Origin: a virus | Virus genome (UHGV): UHGV-0127759 | Length of the DNA: 36,118 nucleotides | Reading direction: 5' to 3' (one strand) | Part shown: in pieces, positions 25,328 to 35,027 of the stretch | Layout: every line of letters begins with the position of its first letter | Numbering within the stretch: position 1 is the stretch's first letter | Notes under the pieces: generated by a model | Told to the model about the DNA's origin: nothing | The model's database searches: none | What the model saw: only the letters and a program-made list of their open reading frames with translations | Translations under genes and position numbers: made by a program

Positions 25328-25675
25328 ATGGAACGCAAGATTGAACTTACTTTACGTATTGATGGCGAAGAAAAAACTTTTACACAGGACTTTGTGCCGT
25401 TTTCTAAGCGTACAGACTATATAAAAAAAGAAAATTCACTTAGAGAAGAAAAAACAAGCAAAGGATTAGAACCAACAGCTGACGAGTATTTAGAAATGCA
25501 AATTCAATTCGTCGCCGATTTATTCGATGAAAAGGAACTTACTAAAGAAGCAATCCTTAACGGTATGGATGCTTTAGACATTGACGAAATATGGGAAATT
25601 ATCAGCTATCGAGTTCTAGGCCTGTCTAAGACAGATGTGGAAGAGTCAAAAAAGGAAGAGGCGGAGGAAATCTAA
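25328..25675 (+). CDS. Tail assembly chaperone G
   Basis: 115 aa and acidic, immediately upstream of the tape measure gene. Confidence 0.7.
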   Translation: MERKIELTLRIDGEEKTFTQDFVPFSKRTDYIKKENSLREEKTSKGLEPTADEYLEMQIQFVADLFDEKELTKEAILNGMDALDIDEIWEIISYRVLGLSKTDVEESKKEEAEEI

Positions 25676-25878
25676 GTTGGTCTGAATTTTATGACCTGCA
25701 GATTGGTTTTGTCCGTGATTCAGTTACAGAACTTGGGTGGACGATTCGGGATTTCATGAATACTGATTGCTTGGATATTGATGAAATTTTATTGAAGGCA
25801 CCAAAGAACAAGAAAACTAAAAAGAAAAAACAAGAGGTGCGACCATTAAGTGAATTAGTCAAGCGTGGTGGTGCATAA
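25328..25878 (+). CDS. Tail assembly chaperone G-T fusion, made by a -1 programmed frameshift at A_AAA_AAG (25648-25654)
   Basis: The -1 frame is open from 25630 to 25878 and encodes ...WSEFYDLQIGFVRDSVTELGWTIRDFMNTDCLDIDEILLKAPKNKK.... A classic XXXYYYZ heptamer lies near the end of G. Confidence 0.6.
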
Positions 25879-25896
25879 AGGGAAGGAGGTAACTAA

Positions 25897-28800
25897 ATGA
25901 GTGGTGGAACACCGTTAGGGAACATGGTCATAAAGCTAGGCTTGGATAGTTCTGATTTCGGTCGTGGTGCAGCAAATGCTAAAAAAGAAGTTCGCTATTT
26001 AGCGAAAGAAATGCAAGCTAATGCAAAAATCGCTGATATGGCGGGCAATCAAATGGGCAAGCTTGGCACTCGTTTTGATGGCTTAACTAAAATCATTGGA
26101 GCACAAGAGAAACAAGTTGCTGCGCTGAAAAAGGCTTATGACGAATCTTTTGTAGATGGAAAAGCGACAGAATCCACCAAAAGGCTAGCAACTCAATTGC
26201 AAGATGCCAATGGAAAACTAGCAAATTATCGATCTCAATTAATTCAAACAGCTGGTCAGATGGCAGAAATGCAAGTCAAAACCACTGGTGCAACTGGTGC
26301 CATTTATAATGCCAGCGAAAAAATGATTTCTAGTGGGCAAAAAATGGAAAAAGTGGGCGGAGCCTTAACAAAAGGTATAACTTTGCCAATTCTCGCAGGA
26401 GCTGCAGCAGTAACAACGGCCGCTGTTAAATGGGAATCTGATTTTGCAGGTGTGAAAAAGACCAATGATGAAGTTGTTGATTCGACAGGTAAGGTTGTTT
26501 ACTCATACAAAGATTTAGAAAATGGTCTTCGTGGACTAGCCAAAGAATTACCTTCAAGTCACACGGAAATTGCAAACGTTGCAGAAGCAGCAGGGCAGTT
26601 AGGGATCAAAACTAAAAATGTAGTTGGCTTCACCAAGACAATGATTGATTTAGGCGAGTCAACGAACATGAGTGCAGAAGAAGCAGCAACTGCTTTAGCT
26701 CGATTGGCCAACATTACAGGAATGCCACAAACAGAATTTGATAAGTTAGGTTCGGTTATTGTTGATTTGGGTAATAATTTTGCGACAACCGAATCAGAAA
26801 TAACCGCAATGGGTTTACGTCTGGCAGGAGCTGGTCATCAGGTTGGCATGAGTGAAGCTCAAATCATGGGATTTGCGGCTGCATTGAGTTCTGTAGGGAT
26901 TGAAGCAGAAGCGGGCGGTTCCGCATTTTCTAAAGTAATGGTTCAAATGCAACTTGCTGTTGAAAATGGAGCCAATGCATTTGCGGGACTAGAGAGCTTA
27001 AGTCAACAGACAGGCGTATCTATGGAGCAGGTTTCTAGCGCTGTCAGAAATGGTGGTAAAGAGTTAAAAAATACTGCTGGGGCAATGGGATTAACTAGTA
27101 AAGAGTTAAAAACAATGCATAAAGAAGCCACGGATGCATCAGGGAAATTAAATGATTTTGCAGAAGTAGCAGGAATGTCTGCCGAACAATTCTCTAAAGC
27201 GTTTAAAGAAGATGCTTCAGGTGCTATTATCAAATTTATTGAAGGCCTAGGGAAAACGAAGGAGCATGGACAATCTGCAATTGCTGTTTTAGATGATATG
27301 GGAATAACAGAAGTTCGTCTTCGTGATAGTCTCCTTCGTGCCGCTGGTGCCAGTGATGTATTTAAAAGCGCTGTAGATCGTGGAACGAAAGCTTGGGGTC
27401 AAAACACCGCTTTAACAGAAGAAGCAAACAAACGATACCAAACTACCGAATCTCAATTAAAGATGCTTAAAAATGAAGCGGTAGATGTTGGGATTACGTT
27501 TGGTGGTCCATTAGTAAAAGCATTACGAGATGTGCTTCAAGCAACTAAGCCAATGATTAAAACCGTAACGAACTTAGCGGAATCTTTCTCAAATGCTAAT
27601 CCTAAAACACAGCAAACAATTGTTAAAATGATTGCATTAACTGCTGCAATGGGTCCTGCTATTAAGTTAACAGGCACTTTAACAAAGGGTGTAGGATTTT
27701 TAGGCAAAGGCTTTGTTGAAACAATGGCTGCTATGTCTAAAAAAAGAGCAATCGAAGATGTTACAAAAGCTTTTGCAGAAGGTAGTTCTGTTTCTATTGG
27801 ATTCGGAAAAGACATTGCTTCTTCTGGTTCGGCATTAGGAGGATTGACTGCTAAAATCGGAGGAACCACTACACAAATTGGTTCATTGACTAAAGGGTTT
27901 AGTTTATTGAATCCTTGGGTGTTAGGTGCAACTGCAGCGATTGGGGCAGGTGTAGCAGTGTGGAAACTCTGGGGAGAAGAGGCATGGAATAGTTCCCAAC
28001 GTGTTAAGCAATGGGGAACTGATGTCGGACGAGAAGTTGACAAAACCTTAAACGGGGTGCAAGACAAAACCAAAGCCGCAAATGGTCAGTTTGGCTTATT
28101 AAAAGATGGATTTAATCAATCAGATGCTTCTAAAATGGCAGAAAATTTTGAAGCAGCGGGTCAGTCTCTTGAAAAGTCTTTAAATAAAAAAGTAGATGGA
28201 TTGAATCAATTATTAAAGCAGTTACCAGGAACCGCTACAGACTCAATGAAAGAAATCATTGAGAATGAGAAAAAACTAAATCAGTCTGCTGTGGAAGAAA
28301 TCCAATCGAATAATAAGCAAATTCAAGAGATTAGACAAAGGGCTGCAAACGAAAATCGTCAATTGAGTGTTTCTGAAGCTCAAATGATTAGTGATTTATC
28401 AAAGAATACTGCGGAAGCTTACGTTAATACTCTGGATGTTTCGGCGGAACAAAAAAGAACTATTTTGAAATCAATGACTGGTGATGTAGCGAATGCTACG
28501 AAAGAAGAAGCAGAAATATGGTTAAAATCATTAGGAGAGCAAAGGAATGCATCACAGACTCATGCCGCTAAAATGAAAGAAGAGCAAAAAAAATGGTTGA
28601 AAGATTGGGGATATAACCTTGATGGTGAATTTGCTCAGAAGTATCTTGAAGAATGGGATAAAATAAACGAAACTACGACTGAAGGTTTTGATAACCAAAT
28701 GGCCGCCATTGTTGAGAAATTCCCTGAACTAAAAGATAAAATTCATTTGGCTTCTGGACAAGTAATAAAAGAGAGCGGAAATGCTTCACAATACCTTATT

Positions 28801-30648
28801 GAAGATAACGAGAAATTATTGGAGAATGTTACCAAAACAACAAATAAAGTTGCTGAAAATGCTAAGAAGAACGCTGAACAACTTAAATATGTTGGTAATG
28901 AAGCAAGTGAATATGGGAAAATGTGGAATAATCTTGTTCTTGATCCAAAAACAGGCGAAGTCAAAACCAATGCACAAGAAGCAGTTAACGAAGCTGCAAA
29001 TTCTGAAAAAGGATGGAACCAACTCCTATATGCTTCCAAACATGCCGACCTAAAAAGTAATGCTAAATTAATGATTGCCGAAGCAGCAATTGCTAACGGA
29101 AAATGGGACAGCATGACGTTTAAGGAACAACAAGCGCTTTTAGATACAAATGCCAAGAAGACTGTAACTCAGGCATTACAAGCCAACGGAAAATGGGACA
29201 AACTTAATTTTGAAGAGAAGAAGGCCATTCTGTATTCTAATACCCCTGAAAAAATGGCTGAAAATATGCTTAATCTTGGACTTTGGGAAGATTACAAGTT
29301 ACATGACAAAGAAATTAAAGCTGATAACAAAGAGTTTTTAGAAGTGCTTAGTGATTCACAAGAAAAAATTGTCAATTGGTCTAATTTACCAGATGATGTT
29401 AAAAAATTTTATGCAGATAATCAAGATTTACTGACAAAAATTTATGGATCAGAACGAGCCTTTAATGCTTGGAAAAATTTACCAGATGAAAGCAAACTGC
29501 TTTTAGCAAATAACACGGATGTGCTACAAAAGATTCTTTCTTCAGAAACATATCTAACAAATTGGAATAACCTTCCAATAGACCAGAAAAAAATGCTTGC
29601 CAATAATGATGATTTACTAACAAAGGTAATGAAATCAGAAGAAAGTATGAATGCGTGGAATTCATTACCTGATCCAGTAAAAAAAATGCTTGGTAATAAT
29701 GAAGATTTAAAAGCAAAAATAGCTGATGGAACATTAAGCGTGCAAACTTATGACCAAATAAAGCCACAATTAAAAAAATTACTCGGAGATGCTTCCAATG
29801 TATCAAATCAATCACAGGTAGGTATTCAAAACTTAAATGCATTTAACGCAAACAATCCAGCACAGAAAATACTACGTGGAGATTCTTCAAATGCACAAGC
29901 TGCAGCTCGACAAGGTGGCAATGCATTGAACACCTACAATGCCAATAATCCAGGGACGAAAAACTTGCGAGGAAATGCAGGTGGAGTTGTCGGTGCGGCT
30001 TCAAGTGGTAATAGTAGCTTAAATATTTTCGCAGCAAACAATCCAGTAGAAAAACTATTAAGGGCTAATGATCAAGCGAGTGGACCAGCATCTCAAGCGA
30101 AAAATGCAGTAAGTGACTTTAATTCTGGCCCTTCGGTAATTACCAAAACTTTGAACGTAGTAGCTAATTTAGGCGCTGGCGTAGCAAAAATTTTAGGGCT
30201 AGAAACAGGAACAAATAATCATATTGGTGGTCCGGCAATCGTCAATGACCAAAAAGGACGCACTTATAAAGAATTGGTGATTCCTAAAGGTGGCGTGCCT
30301 TTCATTCCAGAAGGTAGAAATGTATTCTTACCAGATTTACCAAAAGGATCAAAAGTAATCAAAGCTTCAGAAACAAAGAAACTAATTCCTCATTATGAAA
30401 ACGGCGTGGGAGTTCCGAGAAACTCTTCAGTTGTTAAAAATCTAATTGCTGTTCAAGATTCACATGAATCAAATGATTTTAGCGAACTTGCTTCTCTAAT
30501 GCGTGAAATGGTTTCTTACTTGAAAGACGGAAATATTAAAAACATGGAAGTAACACAATATATCACAGGTGCTGACACAAAAACACCGAGAGAAACAGCG
30601 ATTGAAACAAAACGCCAACTTCGTGACTTGGCTAGGGGGTTTAAATAG
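25897..30648 (+). CDS. Tail tape measure protein (1583 aa)
   Basis: TP901-like core region, hydrophobic TM segments mid-protein and extensive C-terminal tandem repeats. RBS AGGAGG. Confidence 0.9.
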   Translation: MSGGTPLGNMVIKLGLDSSDFGRGAANAKKEVRYLAKEMQANAKIADMAGNQMGKLGTRFDGLTKIIGAQEKQVAALKKAYDESFVDGKATESTKRLATQLQDANGKLANYRSQLIQTAGQMAEMQVKTTGATGAIYNASEKMISSGQKMEKVGGALTKGITLPILAGAAAVTTAAVKWESDFAGVKKTNDEVVDSTGKVVYSYKDLENGLRGLAKELPSSHTEIANVAEAAGQLGIKTKNVVGFTKTMIDLGESTNMSAEEAATALARLANITGMPQTEFDKLGSVIVDLGNNFATTESEITAMGLRLAGAGHQVGMSEAQIMGFAAALSSVGIEAEAGGSAFSKVMVQMQLAVENGANAFAGLESLSQQTGVSMEQVSSAVRNGGKELKNTAGAMGLTSKELKTMHKEATDASGKLNDFAEVAGMSAEQFSKAFKEDASGAIIKFIEGLGKTKEHGQSAIAVLDDMGITEVRLRDSLLRAAGASDVFKSAVDRGTKAWGQNTALTEEANKRYQTTESQLKMLKNEAVDVGITFGGPLVKALRDVLQATKPMIKTVTNLAESFSNANPKTQQTIVKMIALTAAMGPAIKLTGTLTKGVGFLGKGFVETMAAMSKKRAIEDVTKAFAEGSSVSIGFGKDIASSGSALGGLTAKIGGTTTQIGSLTKGFSLLNPWVLGATAAIGAGVAVWKLWGEEAWNSSQRVKQWGTDVGREVDKTLNGVQDKTKAANGQFGLLKDGFNQSDASKMAENFEAAGQSLEKSLNKKVDGLNQLLKQLPGTATDSMKEIIENEKKLNQSAVEEIQSNNKQIQEIRQRAANENRQLSVSEAQMISDLSKNTAEAYVNTLDVSAEQKRTILKSMTGDVANATKEEAEIWLKSLGEQRNASQTHAAKMKEEQKKWLKDWGYNLDGEFAQKYLEEWDKINETTTEGFDNQMAAIVEKFPELKDKIHLASGQVIKESGNASQYLIEDNEKLLENVTKTTNKVAENAKKNAEQLKYVGNEASEYGKMWNNLVLDPKTGEVKTNAQEAVNEAANSEKGWNQLLYASKHADLKSNAKLMIAEAAIANGKWDSMTFKEQQALLDTNAKKTVTQALQANGKWDKLNFEEKKAILYSNTPEKMAENMLNLGLWEDYKLHDKEIKADNKEFLEVLSDSQEKIVNWSNLPDDVKKFYADNQDLLTKIYGSERAFNAWKNLPDESKLLLANNTDVLQKILSSETYLTNWNNLPIDQKKMLANNDDLLTKVMKSEESMNAWNSLPDPVKKMLGNNEDLKAKIADGTLSVQTYDQIKPQLKKLLGDASNVSNQSQVGIQNLNAFNANNPAQKILRGDSSNAQAAARQGGNALNTYNANNPGTKNLRGNAGGVVGAASSGNSSLNIFAANNPVEKLLRANDQASGPASQAKNAVSDFNSGPSVITKTLNVVANLGAGVAKILGLETGTNNHIGGPAIVNDQKGRTYKELVIPKGGVPFIPEGRNVFLPDLPKGSKVIKASETKKLIPHYENGVGVPRNSSVVKNLIAVQDSHESNDFSELASLMREMVSYLKDGNIKNMEVTQYITGADTKTPRETAIETKRQLRDLARGFK
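29370..30060 (+). repeat. In-frame tandem repeats within the TMP: four copies of a ~40-aa W(N)NLPD..K..LANN.DLL.K repeat and three copies of a ~27-aa NAxNANNP..K.LRG repeat
   Basis: The repeats are visible at both the DNA and protein level. Confidence 0.7.
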
Positions 30649-31547
30649 TGAAACTAGAATTAGTTTATACGAATCAAAATGGGGAGCAACTCGTTTTTAA
30701 TGAGGAAGCTCCTTATTTTTTGCAAAATGTTGAAGGTCTAGAAGCGCCAGAAAATGTCGTGCTAGCAGAAGAAGTATTTGGAGAGGACGGTGCAAAAGTT
30801 GTTGGAATCCGTTTAAGCACTCGGAAACCATTGCTAGAAGGCACTTTAATTGGAAAAACAGAAGAAGAAATTTATCAGCTGCGCCGAGATATGATTCAAA
30901 AAATCGATCTAAAACAAACAGGTAAGCTAACACTTAAAGTCTATGACAAAGAGTATGAAACCGACGTTCTACCAATTCAAGCGCCTAGCTTCAAGCTGTA
31001 TGAAGATAATCCTTATAAGGTTGACGAATGGAACTTATTTTCTTTACAGTTTGAAGCATTTGATTCTTATTTCCGTGATGTGTCGTTTTATAACTCACTG
31101 GTTCCTTTGGCAACATTGAAGCCAACGCTTATTTTTCCAATGGTTTTTGTTCAAGGCGAGAAGCATACGTTTGGTCGCTTTGAATCAGGGAATATTGAAA
31201 AGATTGTAAACAATGGAGATGTGCAGGTTGGAGCAGTTTTTCATATGAAATGTGTAACAACCGTGACTGATCCGCAGATTTACGATGTGACAAAACAAAC
31301 CTTCTTTGGATTTAAAGGAACCTTTGAACCTGGAACAAGATTCGAACTTTCAACGGTACGTGGAAAGTTGTATGCGAAAAAAATTGTTAATGGTGTAGAA
31401 ACTAATGCTGTTCCAGAACGTATGGAGGGTAGTAGTTTCTTTCGATTATCTAAAGGAGATAACTATTTACAACTAAAAGCGGCCAACAATTCTCAAAATG
31501 GAATTACATGTGAAATGCAATTTACACCATTAGTTAGCGGGGTGTAG
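30648..31547 (+). CDS. Distal tail protein (Dit)
   Basis: 299 aa directly after the TMP. GTG start overlapping the TMP stop. Confidence 0.65.
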   Translation: MKLELVYTNQNGEQLVFNEEAPYFLQNVEGLEAPENVVLAEEVFGEDGAKVVGIRLSTRKPLLEGTLIGKTEEEIYQLRRDMIQKIDLKQTGKLTLKVYDKEYETDVLPIQAPSFKLYEDNPYKVDEWNLFSLQFEAFDSYFRDVSFYNSLVPLATLKPTLIFPMVFVQGEKHTFGRFESGNIEKIVNNGDVQVGAVFHMKCVTTVTDPQIYDVTKQTFFGFKGTFEPGTRFELSTVRGKLYAKKIVNGVETNAVPERMEGSSFFRLSKGDNYLQLKAANNSQNGITCEMQFTPLVSGV

Positions 31548-31549
31548 CT

Positions 31550-32674
31550 ATGGATTTTATGCCATTACCTTTTGTAGAGGTGTTTCGAAGAAAGTCTGGC
31601 TTTGATTATGAGTCAACGGCAGTTCTGGACATATGGAAATCAATGAGTGTCAAAGAAAATTTCAAGTCAGCCAATACTTTTGAAACGGTTGTTCTTTTAA
31701 AGTATATGCCAAAAGAATTAATGGACGAAGACACAGTGCTATTAATTAATAATTGCTTTTACTATATTGATTCTATTATTTGCGATGATTTGAGCAGTGG
31801 ATTAATTACAATTTCTGGGAAGTCTCTTTTTGCAAAATCTGGTAAGAGAATTGTTTATCGAATTTACAATCAAACAAAAAGACCAGAGCTGATTTGCTAC
31901 GATCACTTACGGAACGAAGTGGTCTCTCCGTCAGATGCTAAAAGAAAAATAAATTACTTATCTGTTGAACAACCGCCAGCAATTACTAATTCAAACATTA
32001 GTTATCAAAACAGTTATGGGAATGTTGAAGAAGAAATAGAGGGCCTGTGTGAAAGTTACAATTTTGGTTTTGACGAAATTCCTATCTCGAATGGGCGTAT
32101 TGGCTCAACATCAAACGGCCAAGTTGGAACAAATATTCGTTTTAGAAAAAGTGAAGATGTTTCTAGTGTAGTTCAATTTAGTGCAGAGTTTGAAAATGTT
32201 ACTAATGAATCATTAGAAAAGAACAACTATGATGAAGCGACTACAGCCCTTATTTATGGAGAAGGCGAAGGAAAAGCTCGTAAGCATACTCAAGTAAATA
32301 ACAATTTGAGTGGCCTCGAACGAAAAGAAATATACGTCGATGCTCGTGACTTACAACAGACTGTTGATGATGTAAAAATGCCAGATGCACAATATATTGC
32401 CACATTGCAATCAAGAGGAAAAGAAAAATTAACTGAACAACCAAGAGTTTTGGCATTGAATGGGACTATCAATTTGAATGATAGTCTTTTTGTTTATGGT
32501 CGAGATTATAAATTGGGGGATCGTGTAAAACGTATTTCTTCTTTTGGCTATTCAGATACAGTGGTTCTAAATTCTGTAACTCAGACTTGGGATGAGAAAG
32601 GCTACCATATTGACGGCGAATTCGGTAACCAAAGTAAAACAATTATTGATGTAATCAAGAGAAAAGGAAAGTAG
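31550..32674 (+). CDS. Tal-like baseplate hub protein (N-terminal hub domain only, no C-terminal lysin domain)
   Basis: 374 aa in the position of Tal. Confidence 0.5.
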   Translation: MDFMPLPFVEVFRRKSGFDYESTAVLDIWKSMSVKENFKSANTFETVVLLKYMPKELMDEDTVLLINNCFYYIDSIICDDLSSGLITISGKSLFAKSGKRIVYRIYNQTKRPELICYDHLRNEVVSPSDAKRKINYLSVEQPPAITNSNISYQNSYGNVEEEIEGLCESYNFGFDEIPISNGRIGSTSNGQVGTNIRFRKSEDVSSVVQFSAEFENVTNESLEKNNYDEATTALIYGEGEGKARKHTQVNNNLSGLERKEIYVDARDLQQTVDDVKMPDAQYIATLQSRGKEKLTEQPRVLALNGTINLNDSLFVYGRDYKLGDRVKRISSFGYSDTVVLNSVTQTWDEKGYHIDGEFGNQSKTIIDVIKRKGK

Positions 32675-32684
32675 GTGGTTATTT

Positions 32685-33740
32685 TTGGCGGAATTAAGTT
32701 TATTTTATGATGCCGTTTTGCAAGATGATGGCACATACGATCGTGCTTATACATCGGCAGACTGGGCAAAATACTTTGAAAATATCTTTCGCAATGGCGT
32801 CATGATGTCAGTCGGTGAAGCATTAAGAGTGACTGCAGCTGATTCTGTTGGAATGAGAATTGTTGTAAAAGCAGGTTCAGCAAGCTTAAAAGGTTATCAA
32901 TATATAAATACGTCTGCTTTTGCAGTACCTATTGACGTTGCTTCTTCAACACAAGATCGAACAGATTCAATTGTTGTTCGTCATGACTTGAACGCTAGAC
33001 AAGCTTATGTAGCAGTCAAAAAAGGCAATGTCTCTGTAGAGCGCTCAACAGAAGTTTATGAAATCCAACTAGCAACGGTCAAAGTACCAAGGAACAGTTC
33101 GGCGATTACTGCAGATTTAATCACAGATAAGAGATCAGATGCAAAAGTTTGTGGTTATTCAACACCTTTTGCCAATGTTTCTGTATCAGGATTAGAAGCA
33201 CAATATGAAGCAATGCTAAAAAAAATTGTAGAAACCAACAAGGCAAGTTATGAAAAAATCCTAAATGATTTTAAAAACTACGTTGCAAAAGCACAAACCG
33301 ATATGGATTCTAATATTGAAGAGATAATCCGTACAGGAAATGGAAAAGTAAATGCTTTTGATGTTTTAATTCATGAATGGTTTGCAGCTTTAAAAAATGA
33401 GCTAGATGCAAATCAAGCATCAAATTTACAGAATCAAATCAATGAAATGAAAGCTACTGAAGATTTACCAGCTATAGAGCATAATTTACTCGGTTATCCC
33501 AATGTACAAGTTTTGTATTGGGAATACGGTATTGGCCTATCAGGATTAGCTAATGAGCCAACAGGTCTAGGCGGTAGCAATGTGAAAAAGATTCCTCACA
33601 GTGTAGAATATCTTGATTTATTCAGTTTCAAAGTTAAAGTGCCAATGAACTTTAAAATGGTAAATCCAACAGTAACAAAAATAGATAGTCGAACTATTCG
33701 CTTTATTGAAGCATTTAAAGTTATAGAAATTAAATTTTAG
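32685..33740 (+). CDS. Baseplate / receptor-binding protein candidate
   Basis: 351 aa in the tail-tip module. Confidence 0.45.
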   Translation: MAELSLFYDAVLQDDGTYDRAYTSADWAKYFENIFRNGVMMSVGEALRVTAADSVGMRIVVKAGSASLKGYQYINTSAFAVPIDVASSTQDRTDSIVVRHDLNARQAYVAVKKGNVSVERSTEVYEIQLATVKVPRNSSAITADLITDKRSDAKVCGYSTPFANVSVSGLEAQYEAMLKKIVETNKASYEKILNDFKNYVAKAQTDMDSNIEEIIRTGNGKVNAFDVLIHEWFAALKNELDANQASNLQNQINEMKATEDLPAIEHNLLGYPNVQVLYWEYGIGLSGLANEPTGLGGSNVKKIPHSVEYLDLFSFKVKVPMNFKMVNPTVTKIDSRTIRFIEAFKVIEIKF

Positions 33741-33750
33741 GAGGAAAAGA

Positions 33751-34539
33751 ATGTATACATTTAAAAAAGGTGATGCAGACTATCAAGTCATGCTGAACGA
33801 AAACTTTAGCGAAATAACGGATGCTTTAGAAAATGGCGCACTGGTTTCTAAGAAAACCGTTATTAAGGCACAGGACTGGGATGAAATTTTAGACAAAGGA
33901 ATTTACACCGTCTTCGGTGCTTCTGGCGCAAATAGACCTTATTCGGGTGCAGCTTATGGTGCTTTAGTTGTTTATGCTGATAATACATTTGTAAGTCAAA
34001 CGTATATGTATAAAGGTGAAACATACACCCGTAGCAGACAAGGGAGCCCTGCCACATGGACACCATGGAATAAACTTCTTTCAGATAATGAACAACCATT
34101 TGAAGTCTATTTTGGAAGAGCAGAGGATAGTAGCGATGTCAATACAGGTTTCCAGTATCCTATCGGCAGTATCGTTGCTACTGATAAATATCATAAACCA
34201 GAAGATTTACCATTTTCGATTAGCGCTGATAAAAAGAAATTAACTTTTACTAAAACAACAACGATTCATGTTAGTGGTTCAGCGAAGTTTCATGGAAACT
34301 CTTCTGGAACAGATTATGCTTATTTTAAAATATTTTGGGGCGCTTCTAATGATCACATGATTCAATACGGTACTCCGACAAACACAGCAATCAATGTTTC
34401 AACAACGATTGGGGGAGAAAAAACTCTAACAATCAAAGCTGGGGATTCACTAAGATTTGAATTAGAGAGTCGACCAAACAAAAGTTTATTTAGAACACAG
34501 ATTGCTTCATTATCTATCAAAGAAGTGAAAAGTATCTAA
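33751..34539 (+). CDS. Baseplate / receptor-binding protein candidate
   Basis: 262 aa with a beta-rich C-terminus. It is the last structural gene before the holin. Confidence 0.45.
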   Translation: MYTFKKGDADYQVMLNENFSEITDALENGALVSKKTVIKAQDWDEILDKGIYTVFGASGANRPYSGAAYGALVVYADNTFVSQTYMYKGETYTRSRQGSPATWTPWNKLLSDNEQPFEVYFGRAEDSSDVNTGFQYPIGSIVATDKYHKPEDLPFSISADKKKLTFTKTTTIHVSGSAKFHGNSSGTDYAYFKIFWGASNDHMIQYGTPTNTAINVSTTIGGEKTLTIKAGDSLRFELESRPNKSLFRTQIASLSIKEVKSI

Positions 34540-34574
34540 TATGTTTCAAGTAGACATAAGTGGGAGGTGAGTTA

Positions 34575-34973
34575 GTGGAAAAATATTTTAACCACCTATC
34601 AATTGCAGCAAGTATTGTAGGTGGTATTTGCGTTAGCTTTCTTGGGGGAATGGATCAGTTGCTAGATGTTTTGTTATTTTTGATGATTGTTGATTTTGTA
34701 ACAGGTTGGCTTAAAGCAATCGCTACTAAATCACTATCAAGTAAAATAGGTATGTTGGGAATCGCCAAAAAAGTAATGATTTTATTTGTAGTGGCAGTTT
34801 CTGTGAAAGTTGAATGTATAGTAGGGAATAATATTCCTATTAGGGAAATGGTGATTATTTTTTACATTGCAAATGAAGGCATTTCATTTTGCGAGAATGT
34901 ATTGGAATTCATTCCTTTACCAGAAAAGTTAAAGGATTATTTTATTCAATTACGAAATAAAGACAAGAATTGA
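34575..34973 (+). CDS. Holin (phi LC3 / Phage_holin_4_1 family)
   Basis: GGGAGG lies 7 nt before the GTG. DFVTGWLKAIATKSLSSKIGMLGIAKKV is a family motif. 2-3 TM segments. Confidence 0.8.
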   Translation: MEKYFNHLSIAASIVGGICVSFLGGMDQLLDVLLFLMIVDFVTGWLKAIATKSLSSKIGMLGIAKKVMILFVVAVSVKVECIVGNNIPIREMVIIFYIANEGISFCENVLEFIPLPEKLKDYFIQLRNKDKN

Positions 34974-35027
34974 AGCGGCTTGTGTCGTTTCTTTTTTTGT
35001 TTAAAAAAATAGGAAAGAGGTTTTTAA

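Noticed and set aside
27537-28073. 178-aa minus-strand ORF inside the tape measure gene (plus others at 27003, 28743, 28816, 29462, 29843)
   Set aside because: These are antisense shadow ORFs within a 4.7-kb coding gene, have no start signals, and show repeat-driven composition.
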